A stretch of DNA of 64,000 nucleotides from Heteronotia binoei (taxonomy: Eukaryota): the NCBI RefSeq assembly GCF_032191835.1, contig NC_083240.1, positions 48,484,001 through 48,548,000 on the forward strand, written 5' to 3'. Below the pieces are notes generated by a model. The model made no database searches and had not been told where the DNA came from. It saw only the letters and a list, made by a program, of their open reading frames with translations. A program made the translations under genes and the position numbers. This document shows positions 23,933 through 35,923 of the stretch, in pieces (the first letter of the stretch is position 1; every line of letters starts with the position of its first letter).

Positions 23933-24681
23933 GTAAGGAACACAATGTTTGCAGATTTTAGACAAGCCTGAGAAATCTAGCAGATATTGGGCTGGTTCTG
24001 ATTTGGGTCTGAATATGGGTGTTGTGCCCCACATGCTCAGGATGGGGCTGGTTACTAAGGTGTGCCAGTAAATGTCCAGCTAGTGCAACACATCCAGTAA
24101 GTCAGCTTGCTGTCAAAAGTGAACACCTGGGTTGGAAGCTGCACCAGAGACCAGAGGGTGAAATAACATGGCTCTGGGCCCTGCTTCTTCCAGGCCAAAG
24201 AGTGAACCTGCCCTCTGCAGAATTATCTCTGCAGAAACGCGAATTCGAAATAGGGCGTGTCAACAGCCTGGAGAAAAACATTTTTTTAATAGAATATTAA
24301 TGGGATTTTATTTACTAGATGTTACCTGCATGCCATGAAAAGATTCAGCAGCTTTTTCCATGAATTCCCACTAAATAAATAAATGTCCAGACATTCAAAG
24401 GAACGGGACGCTTTGCTCCAGGTTGAAAATGAGTCAGGGATGCTCTAGGCTGATCCTGCCTCGATGGTCTGTGGGGCCCCTTCCAACTCTGGGGTTCTAA
24501 AGTGGTGCCAACTTGAGCTCTGACAAATTCATTCTTAAAAATTCCAGGTTATCATCCTTATAAGTACCTGTGGCTTTGGTGAGCTAAAAAACAACTAATG
24601 ACACCAATTTAGAGCGATAGTTCTGGGCAAGTTCTCCTGTATCTTTGTTGCTCTCTGTTTTGTTCTCATGTTTCCCTCTAG

Positions 24682-24780
24682 GTTAGAGACGAATACCGGA
24701 CAGACTACGATGTTGGGAGAGGTGGCTTTGGCAAGATCATTCAGATGCAGAAATCAAATCAGCAGACAGTGATTTACTAG
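24682..24780 (+). CDS. NCBP2-like exon 4 (terminal)
   Basis: [32 protein letters not shown]; joined CDS 513 bp = 170 aa. Confidence 0.95.
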   Translation, partial: VRDEYRTDYDVGRGGFGKIIQMQKSNQQTVIY

Positions 24781-25173
24781 CAGCTTCTTGGATTGAAGGC
24801 AAAAGGAAGAGGAAGACCGGATTCTTCTCGGACTGTGGGGGGGGGGGGCGATGTTGTTCACAATGGCAGAACTGTCCCTGGACTCTGAGGGTACAAAGCG
24901 GTGGTTTTGCCCCCTGGAGCTCTAGTGGCCCTTCTTGCTCTGGCTAATGCAGGGGATGTCTTCCAGGGTTATGTGCTTGTTTGGCAATGCCCAAAGCGCA
25001 GAGCTAAGGAATCCCAACCCTGTCACAATCTCTGGCCCAGCTGGATTAGGACAGGAGGCAGACAGTGGTCTGTGGAATTTGACTGGCTCTTTGCTCTCCT
25101 GGCTTTTCCAGTGCAGTACCTTTGGTGTCCTGGTTTGCCTGTTTTGAATCCTTTATTCTTTTAAAGATTCCTA

Positions 25174-25179
25174 AATAAA
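25174..25179 (+). terminator. Candidate poly(A) signal of the NCBP2-like gene
   Basis: AATAAA ~390 nt after the stop, followed by a T/GT-rich tract. Confidence 0.5.
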
Positions 25180-25889
25180 TTGCACATCCTGTAACTTCTG
25201 CTGTAGTCTGTAATCATATGGTGGGTGAAGAGAATAGAGAATGGGAGTTCTCTCATCCAGGGGAGTGATGATCTGTGCAGGGACTTTTCTTATCTTCCGC
25301 CTTCAGACATGTATTTATTTCCTGGGCCAAGAGGGAGTGGCAGACAGGAGGGGGAAGGGCTGACTTTTTTTTTGCCCTTCAAGGAGTCTCCACCAAGAAC
25401 CTGCATCCTTCTCATACGTTCTTGGAACAAAGTTCTACCCTGCAGACACCATGCAGGAGTCGGCAGCAAGCTCACCACCGTTGAGGGCCAAATTACATGT
25501 CCTCATAGCTGTCGTGAGGCTCTCACTATCCTTGAGGGCATTTTCCTGACCTTCCAATCCTAAAGGAGGATATTTTAGGTTTTCTTCAAAAGAGCCCAAA
25601 TGAGGACAGACATCATTCAAGGGAGTAGTCTGAAACAGCAGAACAAAATTTGTGTTTAGAGGCACCTTGAAGACTAAAAAAGTTTTATTCTGGATATAGA
25701 AGCTTTCTTTTGCAGGCAGGGTACATTGATACAGTGGTTGGTGATGTCTGTTTCAGTGCACCTGAAGAAGTGCACATGAGCACTGCTGCCAGCCTAGAAG
25801 CTCCAGCAAAAGAACTTCTCAGGGAAACTTCTGCCTAAAACGGCTGACATTGTCAAGCCATTTGATACCACCTGCGGAGAACTGAACAA

Positions 25890-26125
25890 GAACATAAGAC
25901 CACAAGAGAAGGCATGTTCGATCAGGCCAATGGCCCATCCAGTCCAACACTCTGTGTCACACAGTGACCAATGTGTGTGTGTATACATATCTCTCTATAC
26001 ATATATACACACACATACATATACACACGCATATATATATATACTGTGGCTAACAACCACTGATGGACCTCTGCTCCATATTTTTATCCAATCCCCTCTT
26101 AAAGCTGGCTAAGCTTGTAGCCACC
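25890..26125 (-). mobile_element. CR1 3' fragment with internal (TG/TA/CA) microsatellite
   Basis: Closely similar to the 3' end of the CR1 at 33106-33310. Confidence 0.8.
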
Positions 26126-26959
26126 AACAAACACTTGAGTGTCTTCCCTCATTAGGACCTGAGCAAAACTCTCCAGCTTTAACGGGACTGGGGGAATCCC
26201 ATTCCCACCCATTCTCCCCTGCTGCTGCCTTCTTCCCTCCATCCATCCTGGGAGACTCCAGTCCTCCATGTTCAGTCAGAAAAGGTCCCAATCCCTTGGC
26301 AGACAGATGGACATTTCTAGTATCTTAGTGAACACGGGATGAAAGTGGAGAGGTGGTGCTCTTTGGAGTCCCCCAAATTGCCCCTGGAGGTCCTGGGTGG
26401 GACGTGGCAGGCTGCACCCTGCATGGGGGCCTCCTGCATGTCCAGGGATTCAATTCACTGGCAAACCAGGGCAAAGATTTGGGGGTGACATTTTCGGCTC
26501 TACCTTCCACAGGGAAGATGTGTTGACCCAGTGAAGGGTGGAGGAGAGAAATGGAGACTCCTGGGGAGCAAGCTGAATCCCAGTGACGCTGTTTCAGGCT
26601 GAGTGGGAAAGCCCTCTTGCAGATGCTGGGCTGGTTAAGACATAGAGACTGCTTTGGATTCTGGAATCATTTTCATGATTCTGTCCTTTTCCTCACCTTT
26701 CCTCATGTTTGTGGCTTAGTCAGCACTGCTGGACCCTTGGCTGCTAGGCTGAAGAGCTATCCCCATTGCTGAGCCAACTGGTTCAGTCTGCAGCTTTTCT
26801 GCATTCAAACTGCATGTGGTGTGCCCATGACCCAAAAGCTGGACTGCAGCCAGAAAACTGAGGAGCCTCTGCAAAAGCTCCCCAAGCAGGAATTACTAGT
26901 GACCCTGGCACCTTCCAAGTCCCATTTGAAAAGAAACGAGGCATTTCTAAAAACAATAA

Positions 26960-26965
26960 TTTATT
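26960..26965 (-). terminator. Candidate IFT20 poly(A) signal
   Basis: AATAAA on the minus strand ~255 nt past the IFT20 stop. Confidence 0.45.
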
Positions 26966-27219
26966 TCCCTGGATCATGTTGCACTTAAAAAGACTCCCCA
27001 AATGGCAGGGAGCAGAATTAACAGCAACAAGGACAGACCTTCTCCAAACATGGTCTGGGTATTTCAAACTGTCAAAAATTTCTTTTAAAAAATTGTCAGC
27101 CTTCCTTGGTGTGACCCTGGAATCAATTCATGACTATTGCAAATTGCTCACTGTGGAATCCTCAGGGTGCTGGAATGGTTCAAGTTGTCCCAATCTATTG
27201 CTGCTGATTGTGGGGTTTT

Positions 27220-27301
27220 TTATTTCTGGAATATGAACTGGTCGATGAACTCATTCTGGTCCACTTCTGTCTTGCAAAGTGTTTCGTATTCCACACGATA
27301 C
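27220..27301 (-). CDS. IFT20: IFT20 last coding exon (82 bp)
   Basis: [26 protein letters not shown]; canonical acceptor. Confidence 0.96.
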
Positions 27302-27776
27302 CTGTGGGGTGGGGGTTACTGGTTAGCAGGTTGCATTGAATGACAGCAACTCAGAGCAAGGGAGATGCTTGAATAACCAGAGGGAACCTGCTATTTATTT
27401 CAGGTGTACTGATGCATGTTACAAGGGATTAGGCAACATTCTTGGAGGAGAAATCCATCAGTCGCTATCAGCTGTGGTGCCAAAGATGCACTGCCCTGTT
27501 TGGAGACAGCTGAGCCTTCGGGCCTCGGTGCCTCTGCTTGGCCACTCTCTATGGTGGTGGTGAAGATGGACCTTTGAGGCTGCTTTGGATTCTCAAATCA
27601 CTGTTGTGGTTCTCTGTCTGCTTCCTCAGAGTCTGACAGGGCACAGAAGGCTGGCTGCAATGTGAGAGCCACTCCTTGGCCAGGCAAAGAATGGGGCTGT
27701 CGGCTCTCCCTGTACACTAAAATTGGAGCGGTGAGACTGTGGGGACTGTTATCAAAAATAAGCTTGAGGACCTCAC

Positions 27777-27880
27777 CTTTCCAGCTGGGTTGTCTTCTCC
27801 GCTATTAGTGCCTGAAGCTGTTGCTGCTGAGCCTCTCTCTGCTTTGTGATCGATTTCAGCAAATTCCGGGCCCCTATTGC
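27777..27880 (-). CDS. IFT20: IFT20 coding exon 3 (104 bp)
   Basis: [35 protein letters not shown]; AG/GT sites. Confidence 0.96.
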
Positions 27881-28146
27881 CTGAGGAAGAGAGGAGTGCA
27901 GAATGTTTGTTTTGTTTCAGTTGTCCCAAGGCAGCAATGATATCATTAGGAGTATTACTAAATTAACAAGACAATCCTGTGAGCTTTAAATCTGCATACA
28001 TTTTCATAGTTGTGGAAAAAAAGCCATTTTAAAGATACTGCACGCATCAGAGAAACCAACATTTCAGAAGAGGCATTCTCTGCTGTGTCTGAGAGAGGAA
28101 CCTGCCTGGTAAGAAAGCGAAGCCATTCAATTCTGCATGTACATAT

Positions 28147-28394
28147 GAACATATGAAGCTGCCTTATACTGAATCAGATCTTTGGTCCATCAAAGTCAGT
28201 ATTGTCTTCTCAGACTGGCAGCGGCTCTCCAGGGTCTCAAGCTGAGGTTTTTCACACCTATTTGCCTGGACCCTTTTTTGGAGATACCAGGGATTGAACC
28301 TGGGACCTTCTGCTTCCCAAGCAGATGCTCTACCACTGAGCCACCGTCCCTCCCCACTGAGCCACCGTCCCTCTACCACTGAGCCACCGTCCCT
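28147..28394 (-). mobile_element. tRNA-related SINE with triplicated 5' head segment
   Basis: Pol III B-box-like ggttcaatccc on the minus strand; ccactgagccaccgtccct repeated at 28333, 28354 and 28376. Confidence 0.72.
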
Positions 28395-28729
28395 GTAGGA
28401 GAAAGAGGAATGCCCATTATCAGCTTTAGATTTATTTATTAATAGATTCTCTATGTCTTTGTTAACTTACGAATCCATCCATAAAATAGGCCAAAAGAAG
28501 CCACCAACTGAAACTGAAAAGATTTGCAAGTACATACATGAAAAATTGCAGGGTAGGGGTAAGTGTGTGGGACAAGGACCTGGATTCAAGTCTCCATATT
28601 GTCAGGCATCTTGCTGGCTTATCTTGCACCAGTCATACACATTCAATCTAAACTACCTTGCAGGGTTGTTGTGAGGATAAAAGAAGGAAGAATGAATCGC
28701 TCTGAATTCCTTTGGGATAAAAATTTACT

Positions 28730-29220
28730 CAGGGGTGTCAAATATGCGACCCGGGGGCTGAATCGGGTCTCAGGGCTCCTATCAGCCCCCAGAGCAACTT
28801 CTCCTGTACCACAGCTTGCTTTGCAAGGCTTACTCAATTGCACAGGAGCTACAGAGCAAAACCTATTTTCTCCATTGGCTGAGGCTCCTCCCTTGGGGAG
28901 GAAGGGGGGTAGGGAAAGCTTGGTTTGCCAGGCTCTCAATCACACAGCAGAGCTATGAGCCAAGCCTCTCTTCATTCTATTGACTGAGGTTCCTCCCCTC
29001 CTTCCTGGTCTCCTGTGGAAGGAAGGAAAGAGTCAGAGCTTCCTTTGCCCAGTTCCATGGATCCCATGAGAGATACACAAAGAAAGCAGCTTTTAAGACC
29101 AACCAGTGCTAATTTTAAAGCATGTTGTATTTTAAGGGGTTTTTTTTTAATCTTTCAATTGTATTTTTCTGTGTCCTTTACAAAGTTTACATCTCTGCTC
29201 TGTGGGGGACCTTTTAAATT
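28730..29220. mobile_element. hAT-type MITE (same family as 4735-5318), 3' truncated
   Basis: Starts caggggtgtcaaa; internal sequence shared with the other copies. Confidence 0.8.
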
Positions 29221-29445
29221 TTTAATAGATGCTTAACGGAGGCACTGACTTGGCATTGTAGCCTTCCAGATCTCACCTCTGCCTCTTGGTCAGAGTAGTC
29301 CACATGGCTCAGGAGGATTCAGGGCTCATGATCAGCTTGGCTTTGGCAGCGCAGTAGGCCTGCTCCTGGGGTCTGGGAGGGCAAACCCCTGTGGCAGTTC
29401 TTCTGGGGAAAGCCAGGCAGGGTGTTGACACTCAGGACTTCTTAC

Positions 29446-29531
29446 CTTAATCTTCTCGTTTTCAGCTGCTTTTGCTTGCTGATCGACCAGCTCAATGAAG
29501 TTGCCCACGGTTTTTTTAAATTCTGCGATTT
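29446..29531 (-). CDS. IFT20: IFT20 coding exon 2 (86 bp)
   Basis: (K)IAEFKKTVGNFIELVDQQAKAAENEKIK; AG/GT sites. Confidence 0.96.
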
Positions 29532-30755
29532 CTGTAAAAGAGGCAGAAAACAATGCTTCCATCCTGTGCAGCTGAGCTTATTCAGATAGGGCCTCAGGCA
29601 GAGAAGGGCCTTTCCCTGTCCCCACAGCCTGAGATCCATCCACTGGAGATGCCAGGACCACACTGGGAACCTTCTGCTCTCACTGCCTTCTGCACTGGGC
29701 CAAGTGGGAGCTCTGCCACTGAGCCACAGCTTCTTTCCAGCCATGACTGATGGATCCTTCCTGAAGAAAACACCACAAGTCCCTGCAGCCCAGTATCTCA
29801 CGACAGCCAGACCAGGTGCCCCAGAGAATCCCTCAAGCCAGTCCCGGAGCCAGCCCTCCCACCCAGCAACTCCTGTTCAGAGGTCTGCTGACCTTGACCT
29901 TGGAGATCCCCATTAGGTATTGTGAGCAAAATTCCTTCCAGACAGGGACAAGTCCCCTTTACACCAGAGGCATTCACTAGAGCAGCAAATGAGAGGGTAT
30001 CGCTTTGCGCCCACCTCCTGCTTCCTCATTCAACACTGCTTCTGCTGGGGCTTTTATCAATAAAATTGGTAGCATATTGTAATTGCATAATCCTGCTCTA
30101 CCAAGGGTGGCCAAACTGTGGCTCAGGACCCACACGTGACTCTTTCACACACTATGCAGCTCTTGAAGCCCCTGCCACGCTGTTGGCCAGCTTGGTGAAG
30201 GCATCTGTCTCTTTAAATCCCTTCACCCAGCCAGATGGTGTTAGGGAGCTTCGAGAACACATTTAAAGTTAAAGTTGCTTTCTTTCCACATCTCCCTCCC
30301 TTCTCCCTCTTCTTTCTTTTCTTTTCCTCTCTTTCCTTGCTGGCTTACAGGTTGCATTGAGTGAAAGCGACTCTAAGCCGACTTGCTAATCTACTGTGTT
30401 ATGTCTGTAACTCCGCACAAGTAACTTCTGACCCTGGGAAAGAGTGGCACGCTGAAGGTCAAATGCATCTCAGACTTTTGAGAATAACCTGCTTCAACTG
30501 GAACTGATAATAAGGGTGGGATGCTCTTATTGGTAGGAAAAAAGGCGCTTTGAGTTTAACTTTGTAACAGCTTGCAGCCAAGGCTATGACTGTGTGCCTG
30601 ACCCTGGGCGGCTCAGTTTCACCAAGAAGCAGTCTTGGCACTGTAACATCTCCATCTAGTGAAAGCAGCTTTTCTGATGATGTCACAGAGGTGCTCAGTG
30701 ACGGGGATTGTGCAGCACAAAGAACTCCCCCCTCTCCCCAAACGCCAGCACTTAC

Positions 30756-30882
30756 TGTCCACAAAGGCTCTGCATTCGTCTTTCAGCTCCAGTGTTTGCT
30801 GGGACACCTCTGGGTCCAAAACCCGCAGCTTATTCAGCTCATCAAAGTGGAGACCAGCTTCTCCTAGGATGCCCTTGGCCAT
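30756..30882 (-). CDS. IFT20: IFT20 coding exon 1 (127 bp)
   Basis: [42 protein letters not shown]; joined CDS 399 bp = 132 aa. Confidence 0.97.
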
Positions 30883-31420
30883 CGTGGGCAGCTTCTGCCC
30901 GCACAGAAGAACGAGGCGCCCCCCGCCCCCCCTCGCTGCCACGGCGACAGCCCCCGCCTCGCGGTGCACTCTGGGCGCCGTAGTCCTCGCAGCACTTTGC
31001 ACACAGCCCCCCGCGGACCGAGGCCGGCGCGTCTGACGCCACGAGGCGCTTCTCCTCTCCTCTGCGGGGAGCCCTCTTGAGCTGCACCCCGAAGCCCACA
31101 AGCAGAACAGAACAGAACTCTGCGGCCTACGACCACCGCCGCGGGCTATTTGCTGCGGTTGCTTGGAAACCCTTAAAATGGCGGCCAGATATCGCGCCAT
31201 GCTGCGCTATCGCGGGTTCCGTTGCTATAGCAGCGCCAGCTCTCTTCCGGCTTCCGCGTTCCTGGCGGAGGCGTCGCCTGTCCCTTCTCGGGCTCCGTTG
31301 CCCGCCCGCAGCTTCGGCACGGCCTCGGGTTTCTTCCCCTGCCCGCCAGGTCGGCACGCTGACCCGTTCCCAGGGATCCGCCGCGCGGGCGGCAGAGCTC
31401 GGGACTGTCAAGCGTGGGAG
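30880..31420. promoter_or_regulatory. CpG island, probable IFT20 promoter / non-coding first exon
   Basis: CpG-dense; ETS-like cttccggcttccg at ~31243; acceptor-like site 12 nt upstream of the IFT20 ATG implies an upstream non-coding exon. Confidence 0.75.
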
Positions 31421-31979
31421 TGGAGCTTGATACAAAACTACGTTCATTGATAGACGGATACTTTCAGTGTAACAGATTCTCCAGAGTGATGCTAAAGATG
31501 CAACACTTTTAAGGCATACTTCAAAAGAATTCCAAAAGGTGGGGCGAGGGATGCACATAAACTATCATAAATGTCTACATTCTCATGGTTATCAGGACTC
31601 TGTTCTTGCTTGCCCCAGATGTGTTGCACTCCCTTACAGGAATGTATGGGGAGGTGCTGATTACTTCTTCTCAAGTTAGTTTGGTTTCTCTCTACTTCTA
31701 CTTTGCAAGCAATAAGGCAAGAAGGGGGAGGGGAAAGAATAACAGAGCTAACGGACCTTGGTCCTCCATGATATTTCACAGACCAGTGTTATGGAAGACC
31801 CTAAAACAATCAGTTATCAATGGAATTTTACCATGCTTGACATACTGCCACCCCTATCAGCGTCGGGGTTTCTGAGGGAATGCTTTATAAAACTTGTTTA
31901 TCAAATCAGGGGCTAAAACATCTTGTTCTGCTACCCATTCATTTTCACTGGCCGGGAAATGTTTCCACTTAATCAGATA

Positions 31980-32354
31980 CTACAACACTCCACACTTTAC
32001 TTTAGCATCTAAAATTTCTTGTACTTCATGATGACTCTGATTCGCAATCTGGATAGGTTGTGGGTCTCTTCGCAAAAGACTGCAATGAAAGGCAGGGTGT
32101 ATTTTACTAAACATCTTGAGCAACTCCAGTTCTACCGTCACTTTCTTGATTACCCTTTTGATCTTAAAAGGGCCCAGAAATCTATAAACCAGCGTCTTTG
32201 AAGGCTGATTCAGTGGAAGGTTTTTTGTTGACACAACCACAGAATCCCCCACTTGGAAATCCCAAACGGGCACATGGGATTTATCATATTGATTTTTATA
32301 AGCTTCCTTAGCCAATTCTAGGTTCTCTTGGATCCCCTTCCAGCTGCCCTCCAA
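31980..32354 (-). mobile_element. Ty3/gypsy integrase C-terminal / chromodomain fragment
   Basis: FQVGDSVVVSTKNLPL...FLGPFKIKRVI...HEVQEILDAK. Confidence 0.85.
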
Positions 32355-32364
32355 CTTGCCCCAC

Positions 32365-33025
32365 CATTGCTGGTCTGACCCAGCAGGGCTCTTCTGATGT
32401 TCTTCTCAGGGGAAGGCCTCAGCTTCTCTGCCCTGTTGCTGGCCCTCCAGATGAACTGATTGGCCACTGTGTGAGGCAGGAAGCTGGACTAGATGGACCC
32501 TCTCTGGTCTGATGCAGCAGGACTCTTCTGATATTCTTCTAACGGAAAGGCCTCAGCCTCTCTGCCCTGTTGTTCGCCCCCCAGAGGAACTGGTTGGCCA
32601 CTGTGTGAGACAAGAGCTGGATTAGATGGACTCTCCGTGGTCTGACCCAGCAGGGCTCTTCTGAGGTTCTCCTCAGGGGAAGGCCTCGGCCTCTCTGCCC
32701 TGGTGTTGTCCCTCCAGAGGAACTGGCTGGCCCCTGTGTGAGACAGGAGGCTGGACTAGATGGACCTTCCCTGGTCTGATCCAGCAGGGCTCTTTTGATG
32801 TTCTCCTCAAGGGAAGGCCTCAACCTCTCTGCCCTGTTGTTGTCCCTCCAGAGGAACTGGTTGGCCCCTGTGTGAGACAGGAGGCTGGACTAAATGGACC
32901 CTCCCTGATCTGATTCAGCAGGGCTCTTCTGATGTTCTTCTCAGGGGCAGGCCTCTGCCTCTCTGCCCTGCTGTTGTCCCTCCAGAGGAACTAGGTGGCC
33001 ACTGTGTGAGACAGGAGGGTGGACT
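32365..33025 (+). repeat. Tandem array of ~134-bp CR1 3'-UTR-like units (~5 copies)
   Basis: cagcag(g)gctcttctga anchors at 32381, 32515, 32648, 32782 and 32916 (spacing 133-134). Confidence 0.88.
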
Positions 33026-33105
33026 TGGGGACTTTTGGGGTTGGAAAATGCCGAGCTAAATTGCTTCTCAGAAGGGGAGCAGGCTGGGGCTTCTGTTCGG
33101 CGTAT

Positions 33106-33189
33106 AAGAACATAAGAACATAAGAGAAGCCATGTTAGATCAGGCCAATGGCCCATCCAGTCCAACATTCTGTGTCACACAGCGGCCAA

Positions 33190-33233
<44 letters not shown>

Positions 33234-34849
33234 TGTGGCTAATAGCCACTGATGGACCTCTGCTCCATATTTTTATCTAACCCCTTCTTGAAGGTGGCTA
33301 TGCTTGTGGACGCCACCACCTCCTGTGGCAGTGAATTCCACATGTTAATCACCCTTTGGGTGAAGAAGTACTTCCTTTTATCCGTTTTAACCTGTCTGCT
33401 CAGCAATTTCATCGAATGCCCACGAGTTCTTGTATTGTGAGAAAGGGAGAAAAGTACTTCTTTCTCTACTTTCTCCATCCCATGCATTATCTTGTAAACT
33501 TCTATCATGTCACTTCTCAGTCGACGTTTCTCCAAGCTAAAGAGCCCTAAGCGTTTCAACCTTTCTTCATAGGGAAGGTGTTCCAGCCCTTTAATCATTT
33601 TAGTTGCCCTTTTCTGAACTTTCTCCAATGCTATAATATCCTTTTTGAGGTGCGGCGACCAGAACTGCACACAGTACTCCAAATGAGACCGCACCATCGA
33701 TTTATACAGAGGCATTATGATACTGGCTGATTTGTTTTCAATTCCCTTCCTAATAATTCCCAGCATGGCGTTGGCCTTTTTTATTGCAAACGCACACTGT
33801 CTTGACATTTTCAGTGAATTATCTACCATGACCCCAAGATCTCTCTCTTGGTCTGTCTCTGCCAGTTCACACCCCATCAACTTGTATTTGTAGCTGGGAT
33901 TCTTGGCCCCAATGTGCATTACTTTGCACTTGGCCACATTGAACCGCATCTGCCACGTTGACGCCCACTCACCCAGCCTCAACAGATCCCTTTGGAGTTC
34001 CTCACAATCCTCTCTGGTTCTCACCACCCTGAACAATTTAGTGTCATCCGCAAATTTGGCCACTTCACTGCTCACTCCCAACTCTAAATCATTTATGAAC
34101 AAGTTAAAGAGGATGGGACCCAGTACCGAGCCCTGCGGCACCCCACTGCTTACCGTCCTCCACTGCGAAGACTGCCCATTTATACTCACTCTCTGCTTCC
34201 TATTACTCAGCCAGTTTTTGATCCACAAGAGGACCTGTCCTTTTACTCCATGACTCTCAAGCTTTCTAAGGAGCCTTTGATGAGGAACTTTATCAAAAGC
34301 TTTCTGGAAGTCAAGGTAAACAACATCTATAGGGTCTCCTTTGTCCACATGTTTGTTCACCCCCTCAAAGAAATGTAACAGGTTAGTGAGGCAAGATCTT
34401 CCCTTGCAGAACCCATGCTGAGTCTTCCTCAATAACCCGTGTTCATCAATGTGCCTACTCATTCTGTCCTTGATAATGGTTTCTACCAACTTTCCCGGTA
34501 TTGAAGTCAGACTGACTGGCCTGTAATTTCCCGGATCTCCTCTGGAACCCTTTTTAAAGATGGGGGTGACATTTGCTACCTTCCAGTCCTCAGGAACGGA
34601 GGCAGATTTCAATGAAAGATTACAGATTTTTGTTAGAAGATCCACAAGTTCAACTTTGAGTTCTTTCAGAACTCTCGGATGTATGCCATCCGGACCCGGT
34701 GACTTATTAGTTTTTAATTTGTCTATCAGTTGTAGGACCTCCTCTTTTGTCACCTCAATCTGACTCAGGTCTTTCAACACCCCTTCCAATATTAGTGGTT
34801 CTGGGGCGGGCAAACACTTCTCATCTTCCACGGGCAATTGGAGGGCAAT
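33106..34849 (-). mobile_element. Young 5'-truncated CR1 with uninterrupted RT frame (33239-34837, 532 aa)
   Basis: YLDFQKAFD, SGVPQGSVLGP, FADD motifs; (cttatgtt)n tail; 15-bp TSD ttctgttcggcgtat at 33091-33105 and 34850-34864. Confidence 0.95.
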
Positions 34850-35134
34850 TTCTGTTCGGCGTATTGGAGGGCCTACTGCCTACTTTTCTCAGTCAGAGAT
34901 CAGTCCAAAATATGCACAGGAAACTCTGAGGAGATTTGCCTTGGCTAAAAGGGAGCGGGGGGGCTTCTTTGAGGGGTCTCTGGAGACGACTTGCATATTC
35001 ATCATCTGCAGAAGTTTCCAGAGTCATTTATTTGACATAAGCTCGACAGGATCCTAACCTTCTTTGAGACTGTTAAACATCTAAAGCTATAAAAGACCGG
35101 TGTTGGATTTGGATAACTGCAGAAAAAGGTACAG

Positions 35135-35915
35135 GGCCACCCAGTTCTTCTGGAGGGCCAGCAACAGGGCAGAGAGGCCGAGGCCTCCCCCTGAGAAGAA
35201 CGTCAGAAGAGCTCTTCTGGATTAGACCAGGGAGGGTCCATCTAGTCCAGCTTCCTGTCTCACACAGAGGCCAACAGGGCAGAGAGGCCTTCATAAGAAC
35301 CTCAGAAGAGCCCTGCTGAATCAGACTAGTGAGGATCCATCTAGTCCAGCCTCCTGTCTCTCACAGTGGCCAACCAGTTCCTCTGGAGGGCCAACAGCAG
35401 GGCAGAGAGGCTGAGGCTTCCCCCTGAGAAGAACACAAGAAGAGCTCTTCTGGATCAGACCAGTGAGGGCTCATCTAGTCCAGCCTCCTGTCTCACACAG
35501 TGGTTGAAAAATTCCTCTGGAGAGCCAGCAACAGGACAGAGTGGCCAAGGCCTTATCCCAATGTTGTTTTCTGGTGCCAGTATTCAGAGATTTACAACTT
35601 CTGGATGTGGAGGTTCCCCTCAGTCACCTTGGCTGATAGCCATTGACAGACTTGGCCTCCATGAATCTATCTAACCCCTTTTTAAAGCTGTTTATTCCTC
35701 TGGCCATCACTACGTCCTCTGGAGGTGAATTCGACATTTGAATCACTCCCTGTGTTGAACAGTATTTCCTTTTGTACATTCTGAACCTGCTGCCCATCAG
35801 CTTCATTGAATGCACTCAGGTTCTAGCAATTGGGGAGAGGGGGAAACTTCTTTTTGTCAGCTGTCCACCCCGTGCATAATTTTATAAACCTCTAAGATGT
35901 CCCCCCCTACTCATC
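35135..35915 (-). mobile_element. CR1 3' fragment ending in ~3 tandem copies of the 134-bp unit
   Basis: CR1 ORF2 end (35560-35915) followed on the minus strand by units inverse-complementary to 32365-33025. Confidence 0.8.
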
Positions 35916-35923
35916 TCTGTCAA

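Noticed and set aside
30591-30718. Possible intronic H/ACA snoRNA (about 130 nt, AGAAAA and terminal ACA on the IFT20 sense strand)
   Set aside because: No convincing two-hairpin fold with pseudouridylation pockets by eye; the second copy's substitutions break the one hairpin seen; needs an Rfam search
32365-33025. Regularly spaced repeats resembling a CRISPR array
   Set aside because: Units are full tandem copies with no unique spacers, resemble CR1 3' UTR, and the DNA is vertebrate
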